Below the pieces are notes generated by a model. That model was not told the origin of the DNA, searched no databases, and saw only the letters and a program-made list of their open reading frames with translations. From assembly GCF_964213995.1 (NCBI RefSeq), contig NC_135811.1, forward strand, positions 25,544,001 through 25,608,000: a stretch of 64,000 nucleotides of DNA. The letters run 5' to 3'. The stretch is from Mustelus asterias (taxonomy: Eukaryota). A program made the translations under genes and the position numbers. The first letter of the stretch is position 1. Each line of letters begins with the position of its first letter. Of the stretch, positions 1 to 13,159 are shown one piece after another.

Positions 1-1174
1 AGAACTCTGCAGACTATCTCACCACACTCAGGGAAATGTAGGGCTCCAGGAATAAGCAGGTGTCTCTGGGTGATGTCGAACATTTGAACAACAGTTCACA
101 CCTCAATGATTGCAGGTTCAAAACCTGTGGTCGGGGGCATTTTAACCAGCTTACCAAAAATGTTTGATGATTTTTTTTATTTCCCTGGGGTGAAATATTT
201 TTCTTCAAGTCCTATAATGGACATCTGATCCATGAGGGCATCAGAGATATTGCAAACCGTGGGTAATTATTCCCTTCCCTTTCCTGTCTAGAGCAGAGTT
301 AGTGCAAGTGCACCGGACCATAATATGGTTAAAAGAGAAGGAGCAGGAAAGATTATCAAAAAAAGAATTGTGTGGCCATTATAACTATACTACGAATCTT
401 TGGGGGCTTTTTTTTTGAAACACAGGAGAACTCTGCATTGTTTATTGTAATTTATGACCTGTTATTCAATTGCAAGAATGTACAGTTTTAAAATCTGCTA
501 TTCCCAAAAATATGGCTTTGTTTCCTGTGATAAATAACAGCCAATCATCACACACCTGCATCAGCAATCTTTTGAAGCTTCTCAAACAGCTGAACCACTC
601 TTAGCTGGCCTGTACGATGAAGAATTCATTAATTCCACCGGAGAGGCTGCATTTCTTCCAGGATAATGGTTCTTAAGAAAAGACTAGTTTGATGGCCAGA
701 CTCTGTGCATGCCGGTATCCCTTAGTAATGAAGCATTGCAAGAACGCTTTGCAGATGGTGAGGGTTAGGGAGGACTCATTGTTGTGACGCATCACCCACC
801 ATAACTTCAGCAGCAGCTTGACATGTTAAACTGAGGGTCAGATAAGCTTTGCAACAGATTTTTCTGATGGCCTGCATGGTAAAGTATGAAGCCTTCACCG
901 GCATCAAACAAAGCCGCTGCCGTGGGAAGGGATGGGACTGAGAGCAGATCGCTCCCACTCAGGCTCACGAAGCAATGGGTAGAACATTGTCAGACACTAC
1001 ACCAAGGACATCGGCCAACCAAATGGCAGCAGTGGGCCTAAAGGCCTAAATTTCCACATAAAAAGGGTAACTTGTTTTAAAAATGTTTTGCGGTCTGCCA
1101 AAAAAAGTAGTCCGTGTTACGCATGGGGACAACTGTGATAGAAAAATATAGAAACATAGAAACTAGAAGAAGGA

Positions 1175-1262
1175 GATTAGCATGGCTTTAGTGGTACTTA
1201 TTGTCAGTGCAGACTTGATGGGCCGAAGGGTCTTTTCAGCACTGTGTGACTCTGACTCTATG
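1175..1262 (+). mobile_element. CR1-type LINE 3' tail fragment
   Basis: GTGCAGACTTGATGGGCCGAAGGG...CACTGTGTGACTCTGACTCTATGA resembles the CR1/HER1 3' stem-loop and repeat tail seen elsewhere in the window. Confidence 0.55.
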
Positions 1263-1297
1263 ACCTCCTTCACCCTGTAACTTGTTCTGTTTTGCAT

Positions 1298-1298
1298 G

Positions 1299-1329
<31 letters not shown>

Positions 1330-1372
1330 TGCGCGTGTGTGCCTATGTGTGTGTGTCTGCGTGTGTGCGCGC
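1298..1372. repeat. (TG)n/(CG) microsatellite
   Basis: Direct read of the dinucleotide run. Confidence 0.95.
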
Positions 1373-2119
1373 GTTGGGACATATTTTTCCCTTTTAATTG
1401 GTCATACTTTTATCTGAACGAGTTTAGCAATAAAACTAACTCCTTACTTGTTAACTCAAGAGATCTGACTGGCCTATTTTTGTATATAACATTACATGCC
1501 GACAAGTACATAGTGAATTGAAAAATCACAATTATTTAAAAATTCAAACTCTGTTATAATTCCTCAGAAGTGGAAGAAAGAGGAATTTATTTGCCCCACT
1601 GGACTTAGTCATAACATATTCAGTTGGATCATGTTTAATCTATAGTCTAGCTTCATCAACTCACCTTGGTTCTAAAGTCCTTAATACACCCTTGCCTATC
1701 AAAAGACTATTAATCAGTTCTGACAAAAGCACACTGACCTGAAACTTTAACTCTGTTGCTGTTTCCAAAGATGGTCCCAGACCAGCCGAGTATTTCCAGC
1801 ATTTTCTGTATATATATGAGAGTGTCTGCACTGTTCTGCTTTTGTACCAATTAAACTGCTTTTCACAATTTTCAGTTGGCCCTCAACCTTTTTTGGGAAA
1901 AGAGCCTGAATCTCCCAACGTACTGCTGCTCCTCTGTGTGTGCCTAATAGATCACTGTTCTAGTGTACTGACACAATTGTATGTGTTTCTAGGATGCCTG
2001 ATTCTGCTGTAGTGTTTTGGGCAGAGACTTGTCATACATTATTCAACTCACTCAACACTTCCTATTGATACTGATTTTTTAGCATTGAGTCTCCACTCAG
2101 AATGGAGATTTTTATAATT

Positions 2120-2690
2120 CATTTTACAGGACGTGAGGATCGCTGCTGTTTCCATTTCACCCTAACTGCCCTCCAAACCTTTTTACCCAGAGGGTGCTGA
2201 CAGTCTGGAACACGCAGCCTGGGAGGGTGGGTTACCTCACATCCTTTTAAATAGTGTGAGTTCCCTCACATCCTTTTAAATAGTACCGGGATGAGCACTT
2301 GGCACATCCTAACATTCAAGGCTATGGGCCAAGTGCTGGGAAGTGGGATTAGGGTGGGAGGTCAGGTGTTTCTCACGTGTTGGTGCAGACTCGATGGGCT
2401 GAAGGGCCTCTTGTGCACTCATTTCAGAGGGCACTTAAGAGTCAACCACATTGCTGTGGATCTAGAGTCACATGGAGGCCAGACCAGGTAAGGACAGCAG
2501 GTTTCCTTCCCTAAAGGACATTAGTGAACCAGATTTGTACAACAATCAACAATGTATGACAATGTATCCAGATTTTTAATGAATTCAAATTTCACCATCT
2601 GCCGTGGTGGGATTTGAACCTGGGTCCTCAGATGTTGCTCGGGACCTCTGGATTACCGGTGTCAATACCACTGCGCCACTGCCTCCCCTA
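2120..2690 (-). mobile_element. tRNA-derived SINE (family also at 12790 and 59900), interrupted by a plus-strand CR1 3' fragment at ~2178-2412
   Basis: Reverse complement of GGGTTCAAATCCCACCACGGCAGATGGTGAAATTTGAATTC head; the insert carries TTTTTACCCAGAGGGTG and GGTGCAGACTCGATGGGCTGAAGGGCC, typical CR1 3' sequence. Confidence 0.65.
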
Positions 2691-5600
2691 AGATGGAAGA
2701 CTTCGCTGCAAAGTTAGGGTGGATGTAGACTTGAGACTTGCACTTCAGCTTTGATACATAGAGGAACCATTTTGTTTTATTTGAAGTCTAAGATTAGTAA
2801 GGAAAAAAAAAATGGCCCCAGATCTTTGGCTTGAAATTCCTCATGAACATCATTGTTAGGAACACACCCCCAATGTATGTTTTTATTTAACAAAGCTAAC
2901 ACGCAAATTATCATTTCAATAACATTGTGCTCCATATTTAGACCTGCAACTATAACCAACATTAGCAAAAACCAATCAGAACGACAAAAACAAACTGCGT
3001 CAATTATATAGAACTTATTTTTCTCAATAGTTCAACCACGAGCACAAATTGAAGGCAATAGAGCACATTAAAACAAAGCAGGGCTAGTGTGGTCAGATAA
3101 CAGCACCATGCTCCCAAACAAAGGTCTGCTGTTAACTCCACAGCTCTAATTATGATGGCAGATCTCATCTTCCGTAAGCATGGCTACAAATCAGACAATT
3201 TTTTGCTGTTACCTTAACAGCATTATCAAATAATTTCACAATTAAAATAATTTAACCAAGCGATGTCTAAGCAATCCGATAGAGTCTGCAACAACGACGC
3301 AATGACGTCTGCATTCACTGGAGATGGAAAAGCCTGTGAAAGAAAAAATTAAAGTTTCAATCCTGTTGTTGTAAGGGATATATTTCCTGCAGTAGGCATT
3401 AGGGTATGAGCTTGAGGCGTCTATTGATGGAAATAACATGGATCATTGATCTACGGTGCTTAATATGTCTGCCAGGCGAAATCTGGACCAATCACCCAAG
3501 CAAGCTGATCTATGTCAGTGAAATTCTGCAGCATTCATCCAGATAAGCCTGGAATGTCAACCTGGCATGTCTGGAGCTGAAGAAACCCAACTGTCCTTAA
3601 AAAACCTGTGTGTGCGTATTTTATAATGCTTTCTTAAGGAGATTGATATGGCATATTTTTCTGATCTGATGGAGAGATGGAATAGTTTTGGGTCCCTATA
3701 GATTTGATTTCACCTAGCAGCTCTTAATTGTGCTCTTAAGGGCAGATGTAGTGATAGATACAGCAAAAGAAAAACATTTTTGGCACATCATTTGATGGAG
3801 TTGAGTGGAACCAAAAGCAATTGCATCCTCTAAACCCAAGCAGATTCACTTAACCTCTTTAATTCATACATCCGAACATTAGAATTCGGAGCAGGAGTAA
3901 CCACTGTCCCCCTGGAGCCCATTTCACCATCCAATAAGATCATGGTTGATCCACATTCCCACTTACCCCCACTAAGATTTCACCACCAAGAGGTAAATTC
4001 CTCACTAGAGCAAAAAGCTGCCACACAAACAAGTCTTTTCTACACCGTGAGGAGTGAAAGGGCTTGGGTCCAGGTCAATAATGTGATCAGTAGTGATTGG
4101 TGGGGGAGATATATATAACCATCTAACCCCCCTCCACCCCCCACTCCACACCTTACTGGAACAGGAGAAAGGCACCTCATTGGTACAGCAGAAAGGATAC
4201 AAGTTGTTTTCATATGATTTTATTTTTGTATTAAATTTTATCCAAATTCATAAAGAAGTAAAGTAATACACACTAGCAAACAGTGGATGGAGTGATGAGC
4301 AGAGAATAAAAGAAACATATGTGAACTTGAGAAGGAGAAATAGAAGCAAGAAAACAGAGAGACTTGACAACAGATAACCCCTATGCTTTTACTCTACACA
4401 TCTACATTAATATCTCCAGAGCAAACTGAATAAAAATTGTTGTTCTCCAAAGATAAAATGGTCCTTCTAATTATGATTTTTTATGAAAATTGTGACACTG
4501 CATTAACCCATTTAAAGTGCCTACATTTTAGGCCATAATTTGGGCTAATTTTATCCCAAGGGTTGATAGGTGAGCTTTTATCTTACGCAGAGAAATGTTA
4601 AAAGAGTAAGAATTTCAGAAGTTAAATAAATTAAACAGGATCACAATTTTAAAAATAGGCAAAGAGTGCAATTTAACCCTCTGAAGGCGGCAGATGTGCG
4701 AATTGCGCTCTGGACAAAACATCTGTACGGCTTCTAAAAACGGATTCAGAGAGCAGGTGGAATTGTTCATGTGGTGGATATGAATCTTAGGCTGGTCTTT
4801 CTGATAGTCATGTTACAAACGTGGAGAGAGTCATTGCTACAAACTGTAAAAGGTGGGCAGTGGGGGGAGGGAGGTACTTTTGAAAGCTATAGAGCACACT
4901 CATTCTACAGTGGATTGAAGAGCAAAACTGTTTCTATTTTAAGGTTAACAGAAAATGTTTTGTATGTTCCAGCCAGGAGAGTTCAGTGGAATGACTCAAG
5001 TTCAACTATGTTTATTCACTAAGTTCAGCTATTTAGTGCCCAGAGTAAACATTTATTTATTTTATGAAAAATAAATAATTGGCAAACTGTACTCCACTGT
5101 GACATGGTTTGACCTTCAGGGTGGTTGGTGTACGCTTTCCAAAGCACAGGGACCTTTTTTTGTTGAAGCAGTGATACTAAACGGGTATTGAAATGGAATT
5201 TAATAGCAGCCCACGTTTCAGAACTAGTGTAGTGGTTGCAAAGTAAAGGTTTAACCTTTGTGTCGAATTTTATTTAATTGGGGATTCTCCCAGGTTATGT
5301 TATCAGTAGGCTCTCTGTCTCAGAACAGCAGACTTACAAAAAAAGCACACTTGTTTGTCTAGCTCTCTGTAGCAGTAAAAAATAAATGACTTGTTAGGTG
5401 CCATTATATATGTTACAAATTGTTGTATGAATATACATAGCAAGGGCCAACGGGTCACTCAATGTTATTTCTTATCATAAACAAGAAAGGATTTTCAGCT
5501 TTCGCATGTTCATTGAATTGCGGCATGAATAACATTCTAAAGCCAATAACAGGACGCAGTTTTACTAAAGTCTGTTCTGTTGTGGCTTAGGAAAAATGCT

Positions 5601-5826
5601 GAGCTCCTTTATGTGATACTGATAATGCAACAATGGGTGGAATTCTCTATTCTGAAGACCAAGTGCAGTGGCGGGCAGTTCCGGCGGTCTCTCTCCTGCT
5701 GCCCAGAATGGGGGATCCTGCTCCAGATTCTGCACTTACAAGCTTACTAATTATGCACAGGTGGGTTCCCCTCTGAGTTACCTGCCGTCAGCTGGGTTCG
5801 AAGGTCCTGGTGCCATATTTAAAACC

Positions 5827-6555
5827 CAATTCCCCCCTTTTCCCTCCCTCCCAATCCCCCCTTTTCCCTCCCTCTCATTCCCCCCTTTTCCCTCCCTCCC
5901 ACTCCCCCCTTTTCCCTCCCTCCCACTCCCCCCTTTTCCCTCCCTCCCACTCCCCCCTTTTCCCTCCCTCCCAATCCCCCCTTTTCCCTCCCTCCCACTC
6001 CCCCCTTTTCCCTCCCTCCCACTCCCTCTTTTCCCTCCCTCCCACTCCCCCCTTTTCCCTCCCTCCCAATCCCCCCTTTTCCCTCCCTCCCACTCCCCCC
6101 TTTTCCCTCCCTCCCACTCCCCCCTTTTCCCTCCCTCCCACTCCCCCCTTTTCCCTCCCTCCCACTCCCCCCTTTTCCCTCCCTCCCACTCCCCCTTTTC
6201 CCTCCCTCCCACTCCCCCCTTTTCCCTCCCTCCCACTCCCCCCTTTTCCCTCCCTCCCACTCCCCCCTTTTCCTTCCCTCCCACTCCCCCCTTTTCCCTC
6301 CTCCCACTCCCCCCTTTTCCCTCCCTCCCACTCCCCCCTTTTCCCCCTCCCTCCCACTCCCCCCTTTTCCCTCCCTCCCACTCCCCCCTTTTCCTTCCCT
6401 CCCACTCCCCCCTTTTCCCTCCTCCCACTCCCCCCTTTTCCCTCCCTCCCACTCCCCCCTTTTCCTTCCCTCCCACTCCCCCCTTTTCCTTCCCTCCCAC
6501 TCCCCCCTTTTCCCTGCCTCACACTTCCCCCTTTTCCCTCCCTCCCACTCCCACT
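5827..6555. repeat. 24-bp polypyrimidine minisatellite (TCCCCCCTTTTCCCTCCCTCCCAC)n, about 30 copies
   Basis: Direct read; explains the 8-aa periodic Pro-rich and Gly-rich ORFs in several frames. Confidence 0.95.
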
Positions 6556-6844
6556 GGAGTCGCAAACTGTTCAGACCCAGCAGAGTGGCATTCAGAAACA
6601 CATGATCAGTGGCGCAGCGCTACGGCAGGTACGTCACATTGCACTCACCTCGAAGGCTTGAGTGAACTGAGATCCGCCTGGTGCATATCACTCTTTTTCA
6701 AACTGGTCTGATGCCAATGTAATTTCCCGCTTGTGTGACGCAAGATCGGAAGGCCTGACGATATTTCGGCAATCAGCTATTTTAATGAGCATTCATGAGA
6801 TGCAAATTAATGGAAATTCCAAACACACCACTAGCGGGAGAACC

Positions 6845-7400
6845 AACCCGCCATTAACCCGCCATTAACCCCCCATTAACTCGCCATTAACCCATCATTA
6901 ACCCACCATTAATCCACCATTAACCCACCATTAACCTGCCATTAACCCACCATTAACCTGCCATTAACCCGCCATTAACCCACCATTAACCCACCATTAA
7001 CCCACCATTAACCAACCATTAACCCACCATTAACCCACCATTAATTTGCCATTAACCTGCCATTAACCCATCATTAACCCACCATTAACCCACCATTAAT
7101 CAACCATTAACCCACCATTAATCCACCATTAACCCACCATTAACCCATCATTAACCCACCATTAACCCACCATTAACCCACCATTAACTTGCCATTAACC
7201 TACCATTAACCCATCATTAACCCACCATTAATCCACCATTAACCAACCATTAACCCGCCATTAATCCACCATTAACCAACCATTAACCCATCATTAACTC
7301 ACCATTAACCCACTATTAGCCCACCATTAACCCACCATTAAAGTACAATTAACCTGCCATTAATCCACCATTAACCCACCCTTAACCCACCACTAATCTG
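6845..7400. repeat. 12-bp minisatellite (CCACCATTAACC)n
   Basis: Direct read of tandem units. Confidence 0.95.
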
Positions 7401-7807
7401 CCAGTGGGAGAATTACAAGCTGTTTTTTCTCTGGCATGTTTCTGTCTCCTGTTTGATTCCCGCTTACCACCAAACCCGCCATGGTGAGGATGGGAGAATT
7501 CAATCTAATGTGCTTTCTGTTTCAGGAGAATGTCTTTTTTCAATCTCCAGAATTCCAATGTTGATTCTCATGAAGCTAAGGCATCCAGTGGTGCTAAAGC
7601 TTCTTGCTGAGATACATTTCCAAACCTGTCTCTTACTCATTCCTGATTATCATCACTCCATCAATAGCAACCATGCCTTCAGCTGCCTAGGCCCCAAACA
7701 CTGGAATTCCTTCACTAAATAATTCTACCTCTGCCTCCTCCTTTAAGACACTCCTTAAAACTCATCTTTCTGATAAAGCCTGACCGAATATCTCCTTCAG
7801 TGGCTTG

Positions 7808-8284
7808 GTTTAGAAACATAGAAAATAAGGACAGGAATGGGCCATTCAGTCCCTCAAGCCTGCTCTGCCATTCAATATGATCACAGCTAATCCTCTATGT
7901 CAACACCATGCTCCTGCTCTCTCCCCATATCCCTTGACGCCTTTGGTGTCTTGAAATCTGTCTATTTCATTCTTGAGTCTATTCAGTTACTTGGCCCTCA
8001 CAGCCTTCCGTGGTAGAAAATTCCATAGGTTCATCACCCTCCAAGTGAAGAAACTTCTCCTAATCTCAGTCCTAAATGGCATACCCTGTATCCTGAGACT
8101 GTGATTCCCTTGTTCTCGACTCCTTCAGCCAGTGGAAACAACATCCCTATATCAAGTCTGTCCAGCCCTGTCAGAATTTTATGCACTTGAATTAGATCCA
8201 TTCTTATTCTTCTAAACTCCAGTGAATACAGGCCTAGTCGATCCGATCTCTCCTCATACGACAACCCTGCCATCCCAGGAACCA
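7808..8284 (-). mobile_element. CR1 LINE 3' fragment
   Basis: ORF 8034-8345 contains PGMAGLSYEERSDRLGLYSLEFRRIRMDLIQVHKIL, the typical CR1 ORF2 C-terminus. Confidence 0.85.
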
Positions 8285-8370
8285 TTGATTTAATTATGTT
8301 CCTTTGCAGAACTTTGTGACCCCATGAAAAGTAGCAAGCTGTCATTGTGCAGAACTTTGGACGGGATACT

Positions 8371-8690
8371 GCGGCATGGTGGCACAGTGGTTAGCACTGC
8401 TGCTTCACAGCGCCAAGGACCCGGGTTCGATTCCCGGCTTGGGTCACTGTCTGTGTGGAGTTTGCACATTTTCCCCATGTCTCCGTGGGATTCCTCCGGG
8501 TGCTCCGGTTTTCTCCCACAGTCCAAAGATATGCGGGTTAGGTGGATTGGCCATGCTAAATTCCCCTTAGTGTAAGGATGAATGGTTAGGGTAAATGCAT
8601 GGGGTTATGGGGATAGGACTTGGGTGGGATTGTGGTCGGTGCAGACTCGATGGGCCAAATGGCCTCCTTCTGCACTGTAGGATTCTATGA
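8371..8690 (+). mobile_element. HE1-like V-SINE with CR1-type tail
   Basis: A box GGTGGCACAGTGGTTAGC, B box GGTTCGATTCCC, V-domain TGTGGAGTTTGCAC...CCTCCGGGTGCTCCGG, tail GATTCTATGA. Confidence 0.9.
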
Positions 8691-8807
8691 TTTTCCGGTC
8701 CCGCTCACCCCAATGCCGGAAAATCTGCCCGAGATCAACGGACTTTTGCATAGTCTGTGTCCCCCCGCTAGGATTCTCATGGCAGGCGGGACAGGAAAAT
8801 TCCACCC
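8691..8807. mobile_element. Short MITE-like element (TIR consensus about GGGCGGGATTTTCC)
   Basis: Similar 90-230-bp copies at ~9925-10010, 13255-13490, 32050-32172, 34581-34670, 37075-37258, 41546-41680 and 63950-64000 share GGAAAATCC(C/T)GCCCGAGGTCAACGGACC. Confidence 0.6.
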
Positions 8808-9114
8808 TTTATGTCATTCCCATGGAACTGATATCGCTCGGTGATTAACTTTCCAATGGTTTAAATTTCTGGAATATGCATTCTGAAGCAGGAGTATAAC
8901 GCAAAAGAAAACCTTCTACAGAAGTGGGTAGAATTCCTGCTTTGGGTACAGTCTTCAATTCTGGCGCAAATTATGCCAGTTCTGAAAAGTAGTTCTTTTT
9001 TTCCTGAGTTTCCACTCAAACATATTCCATCAAACACAAAAGCTGCCATGAGCGACTGCAATGGGGCAGCAATTAAGAGCATAATTTTAAAAGAAACATT
9101 GCTTTAAAAAATGT

Positions 9115-9345
9115 TCAGAGAATCAAAGAGCAATACGGCTGGTCCCAGCCCTGCAAATTTTCTCTCTTCAGCTAATTATCCCATTCCCTTTTGAAAGCCA
9201 CGATTGAATCAGCCTCCACCTCATTCGCAGGCAATGCATTCCATATCCTAACCACTTGCTGAGTAAAAAAATATTTCCACCTATCGCCCATGTTGCTCTT
9301 TTTGCATGAAATCAGTGTCCTCTGGTTCTCAACCCTTCTGCCAAC
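9115..9345 (-). mobile_element. CR1 LINE 3' fragment
   Basis: FFTQQVVRIWNALPANEVEADSIVAFKREWD in ORF 9172-9420. Confidence 0.8.
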
Positions 9346-10754
9346 GGGAACACATTTGATGTGTTTGTGTGTGATAACTTGGTAAAATCTGATTCCCACA
9401 ATTGGACATTTCTTCACCACAGAGAAATAGTTGCATCTGTGAGTAACCTGCTTTTAAACGACTGAAAGGGAGTGTAAATCAAAATGCAGAGAACTATTTT
9501 CTATTTGATTGGGGTACGGTAGTCAGTTCCTCTCGTCCATTTCAAAACCTTTCAAAACCCTGAAGTATCCATAAAGATCCAGCTTAATCCTTGCAGCGTT
9601 CGCGGCATTCTGTAATCGATGTAGTCACCAGAAATTCCCAAAAGTGGTTAATTCACCCTGGCGGCCTGACCAGTTATGTATCCAGGGCTTGTTTCTAGCA
9701 TAGTATTCATTTAAAATAGTACAAAAGATCATGTTTCACTGGACGCCATTCACACTTAATGTTCTGCTATCTTACATTGAAATTGGAGGTACTGTGCCAA
9801 CAATACCAATGCAATTAAACAGAAAGTCCGAGTCAAGATGCATTATCTCTTTGAGAATAAAGCTGTAGGCATCAGAAATGTAAGTAACAATACAGTTGTG
9901 CCTGAACGTTGCATTACCATGTGGTGGAATTGGGCGGGGCTGGAAAATCCCATTGACTTTGGCAGGATTGGAAGATCTCGCCAGCGGCAGGAGCAGGAAA
10001 ATCCTGCCCTTTGTTTTGAAAAATGAGGGTGGCAGTTTCAAAAAAGCGAAAATGCAGCTTTATTCGAAAGAAGTCAGATTGTACTCGAAACATTGACTGT
10101 TTCTCTCTCCACAGATGCTGCCAGACCTGCTGGGTTTTTCCAGCAATTTCTGCTTTTATTTCTGATCTCCATCTGGAGCACTGCTTAGGCCACTGGTTAA
10201 TCACTGATTGGTGGGACGGAAAATCAGGAAAGTGTAGAATAAAAGTAAGGAAAAGCATAAAAGAAAGAGAGTAATGGATCGATGGAGCAGGGGAAGTAAA
10301 AAATAAAGAGCAGAGAGATGAAAAAGGAGAAAAAAAAGTGAGAAAAATAACAAAGGAGGAGCAGGGACATGAAAAGGAGAATGAGTGGGGAGCGAGAAAG
10401 AGAGAGAAAGTACATTGTTGTGGCAAATTTGATTATTTGGAGAAACATTACGCAGGATAAAGGGGAGAAAATGCAGGGAAATGGGTTGCATACAGGAAGA
10501 ATGTAATCATGATAGATTGATTCTGGGTTATTTAATTTCCGTATATAAACAGTAGAGTTCCTTGGGTGAGGAACTGTAATAAATCAAGAGCGACACAACC
10601 CTTCAAAGGGCCAGGCTACCACAGAAGCAACAGTACAAACATATGATGCGGGATCTCTGCTGCCTTTACATTGCCCTAGGATTTTCCATGTATCCCTGAG
10701 TGGGATTGGAATATCTGCACCTGGCCGGATACAACCAGTCTAAGCTAATATCAG

Positions 10755-11065
10755 TAAGTTTTAAGTTTAAGTTTACTTATTTATCAGTTTCACAAGTAGG
10801 CTTACATTAACACTGCAATGAAGTTACTGTGAAAATCCCCTAGTCGCCACACTCCTGCGCCTGTTCATGTCGACTGAGGGAGAATTTAGCATAGCCAATG
10901 CACCTAACCAGCATATCTTTCGGACTGTGGGAGGAAATCGGAGCCCTCAGAGAAAACCCACACAAGGGGAGAACCTGCAGACTTTGCAAGGACAATGACC
11001 CAAGCCAGGAATCGAACCTGGGTTCATGGCGCTGTGAGGCAATAGTGCTAACCACTATGCCACCC
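10755..11065 (-). mobile_element. HE1-like V-SINE with alternative tail
   Basis: Same head and V-domain as 8371 but tail GTGTGGCGACTAGGGGATTTTCACAGTAACTTCATTGCAGTG...AATAA. Confidence 0.85.
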
Positions 11066-12267
11066 AAGAGGAATATTTCACTGTCTCTGCTCTCATTTCC
11101 CTTCCCCAATACTAAATGAGTGCCCTTCAGAAAAGGAACCCTGAAGAAATGGGCATTAGGCACTGCACTCAGCTCCCTCAAATCACAAAGCCTGTGGAGG
11201 CCACCATTATTCCAGGATCGATAGGCACACTCAGGACTGGCAGCAGCCAGCAAGTTCCAGCTAGCATTCATTAGCACCATTCGTTTCCATTTTGAGACAC
11301 ACAGCCCTACCAGAAGGTGAACTTGACAGTGGGCCAAATGGCCCCTTCTACCTGCTCCACCATTCAAACATCATGACTGACTTTCTGCCTCAGCTGCACT
11401 TTTCCAGCCTATTCCCTGATCACCTCACTCTGTGGGTTTAGGTCGCCTCAGCAGGAGCACACTTAATCTGTGCTGCACCTGACTTGCATCCGGTGAAGGG
11501 GAAGGTGAGCTGATTTCATTTTTAAAGGACCTGGGAGGCCTTGGCACCAAGTACAAAGCCAGCTCAGGTCCTCACATTATTCTTGTCCTGTCACCAATAA
11601 TCCCACGTCTAATCCATTAAATACCCCATTATAGCTAATGCCCCAACTTCCACAATGCTAACAGCTCACAAGGATATCGACTCACATCACTCCACACTAC
11701 TTCAGAACCAAATGGATTTGACATAAAAATAAATTGCTTAAAACAAATCTGTAAAGGTTATTTGATGGAACAGTGAATATACTTTTTATTATAGTTCAGA
11801 GTCAATTCTAAATAATTAGGTTATAATACATCAGGTGATCAAAAAGATTTTCTTCACTATTCCCATCACTTATTCTTCATCTATGTATTGTTTTAAGTTA
11901 TAGAAAATCAGTCCCTCTTGTTTAAGATAATGGTGAAATAAAATGTTGTTCACGCTCATTCCAGATGCCTTTTTACCTTCTAACATGTGTACATGTGCGT
12001 TACTTGGTTAAATTAATTGTTAGTTAAAAGAAAACAAATGCTTGACTTACTGAGAGTCCTGGGAATCACTCATGGAAGATCGCAGTGCTGACGTCTTGCC
12101 TTAAATCTGATTCCACAATCTCTAGAATTTAATTCATCTCTCCAAAAATCCATTAATAAAAGAAGAGACGCAACAGATAATTTGCAACCACGAATGCAAG
12201 ATTGTAGTCAAGTCTCAGTAAATGTTTCCAATCAGAAAGAAAAATAACTGCACTTGACTAAAGCTTA

Positions 12268-12415
12268 CTTGGCTCAGTTGGTAACACTCTTGCTTTTGAA
12301 GACATTGGGATCAAAGTCCCACTACAGACTTGAGTGTATAATTGAGAATAGCACTTCAGTGCAGTTTTGAAAGAGTACTGTATGGTTGTAGGCGCTGTCT
12401 TTCATTTGGAATGTC
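12268..12415 (+). mobile_element. Decayed DeuSINE (SacSINE1-like) 5' part
   Basis: GGCTCAGTTGGTAACACTCTTGC...AAGTCCCACT...ACTTCAGTGCAGT resembles the recalled SacSINE1 head. Confidence 0.5.
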
Positions 12416-12789
12416 CTATGGCGCATGATTTGCAAAGCTCACATTTTTCTTATGCCAGAAGCATAGAATAGCACCAATTACAGAAAGTAGAAATGTTTCT
12501 AACTACTTAACTTTGACTTCTGAATTCATTCTTGAACTTTAAGATGTTCTTGTGGGGCACTCATTATAGTTCAAACTTTATTATCAAGACAAGGCTATCG
12601 TCATTCAGTGGATCTTAATCTAACAGTCGCTGGGAAAGTCTCACTGCATTGTAAAGGCATTTCCTTCCCTTTTGACTGCATACTGTGGATTCCTCTCATT
12701 TTCCATCTCCAGCTTGCACGGGCTATATCATTCAGAAATCCTGAGTGGGAATTTGGCATTCCAACCAAAACTCCATCCACTTCGAGGAG

Positions 12790-13075
12790 AGGGTGGCACA
12801 GTAGCATTGTCGCTGGACAAGTATTCCAGAGACCCAGTGTAATGGGTTCAAATCCCACCATGGCAGATGGTGAAATTTGAATTCAGTAAAAATCGTGAAA
12901 CCATTATCATGAAAACCCATCTGCCCTTTAGAGAAAGAAATCTGCCATCCTTACCCAGTCTGGCCTACATTTGACTCCAGGCCTCTGAAATGGCCTAACA
13001 AGCCACTCAGTTCAAGGGCAATTAGGAATGAGTAATAAATGCTGGCCCAGCCAGTGACACCTAGATCCCATGAAT
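12790..13075 (+). mobile_element. tRNA-derived SINE
   Basis: GGGTTCAAATCCCACCATGGCAGATGGTGAAATTTGAATTC head and AATAAATGCTGGCC...CCCATGAAT tail; other copies at 2415-2690, 33845-34020 and 59900-60450. Confidence 0.75.
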
Positions 13076-13159
13076 TAAAAAAAAGCTTTCAGTGGAAAAA
13101 TCTCAGAAAAAGTTTGGTCCTGTTTGACAGCGATATTATTGCATTTGAGAATGTAACCA

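Larger units (their letters stand above)
5635..7506. mobile_element. Non-autonomous TIR DNA transposon (PIF/Harbinger-like) containing two minisatellites
   Basis: Imperfect TIRs GGGTGGAATTCTC (5635-5647) and GAGAATTCAATCT (7494-7506), 10/13 match, flanked by AAT on both sides (3-bp TSD). Confidence 0.5.

Noticed and set aside
5668-6711. 347-aa Pro-rich ORF and overlapping Gly-rich ORFs
   Set aside because: Translations of a stop-free 24-bp minisatellite, open in multiple frames on both strands
6845-7400. Interstitial telomeric repeat
   Set aside because: The unit is the 12-mer CCACCATTAACC, not (CCCTAA)n
8371-8450. tRNA genes at SINE heads
   Set aside because: A and B boxes run straight into SINE body sequence in many dispersed copies; no full cloverleaf
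9914-10491. Hydrophobic Phe/Leu/Ser-rich ORFs (also 58792-59244)
   Set aside because: Antisense translations of purine-rich low-complexity tracts
12045-12125. Possible minus-strand exon (AG...GTAAGT)
   Set aside because: Stop codons in all three frames and a weak acceptor
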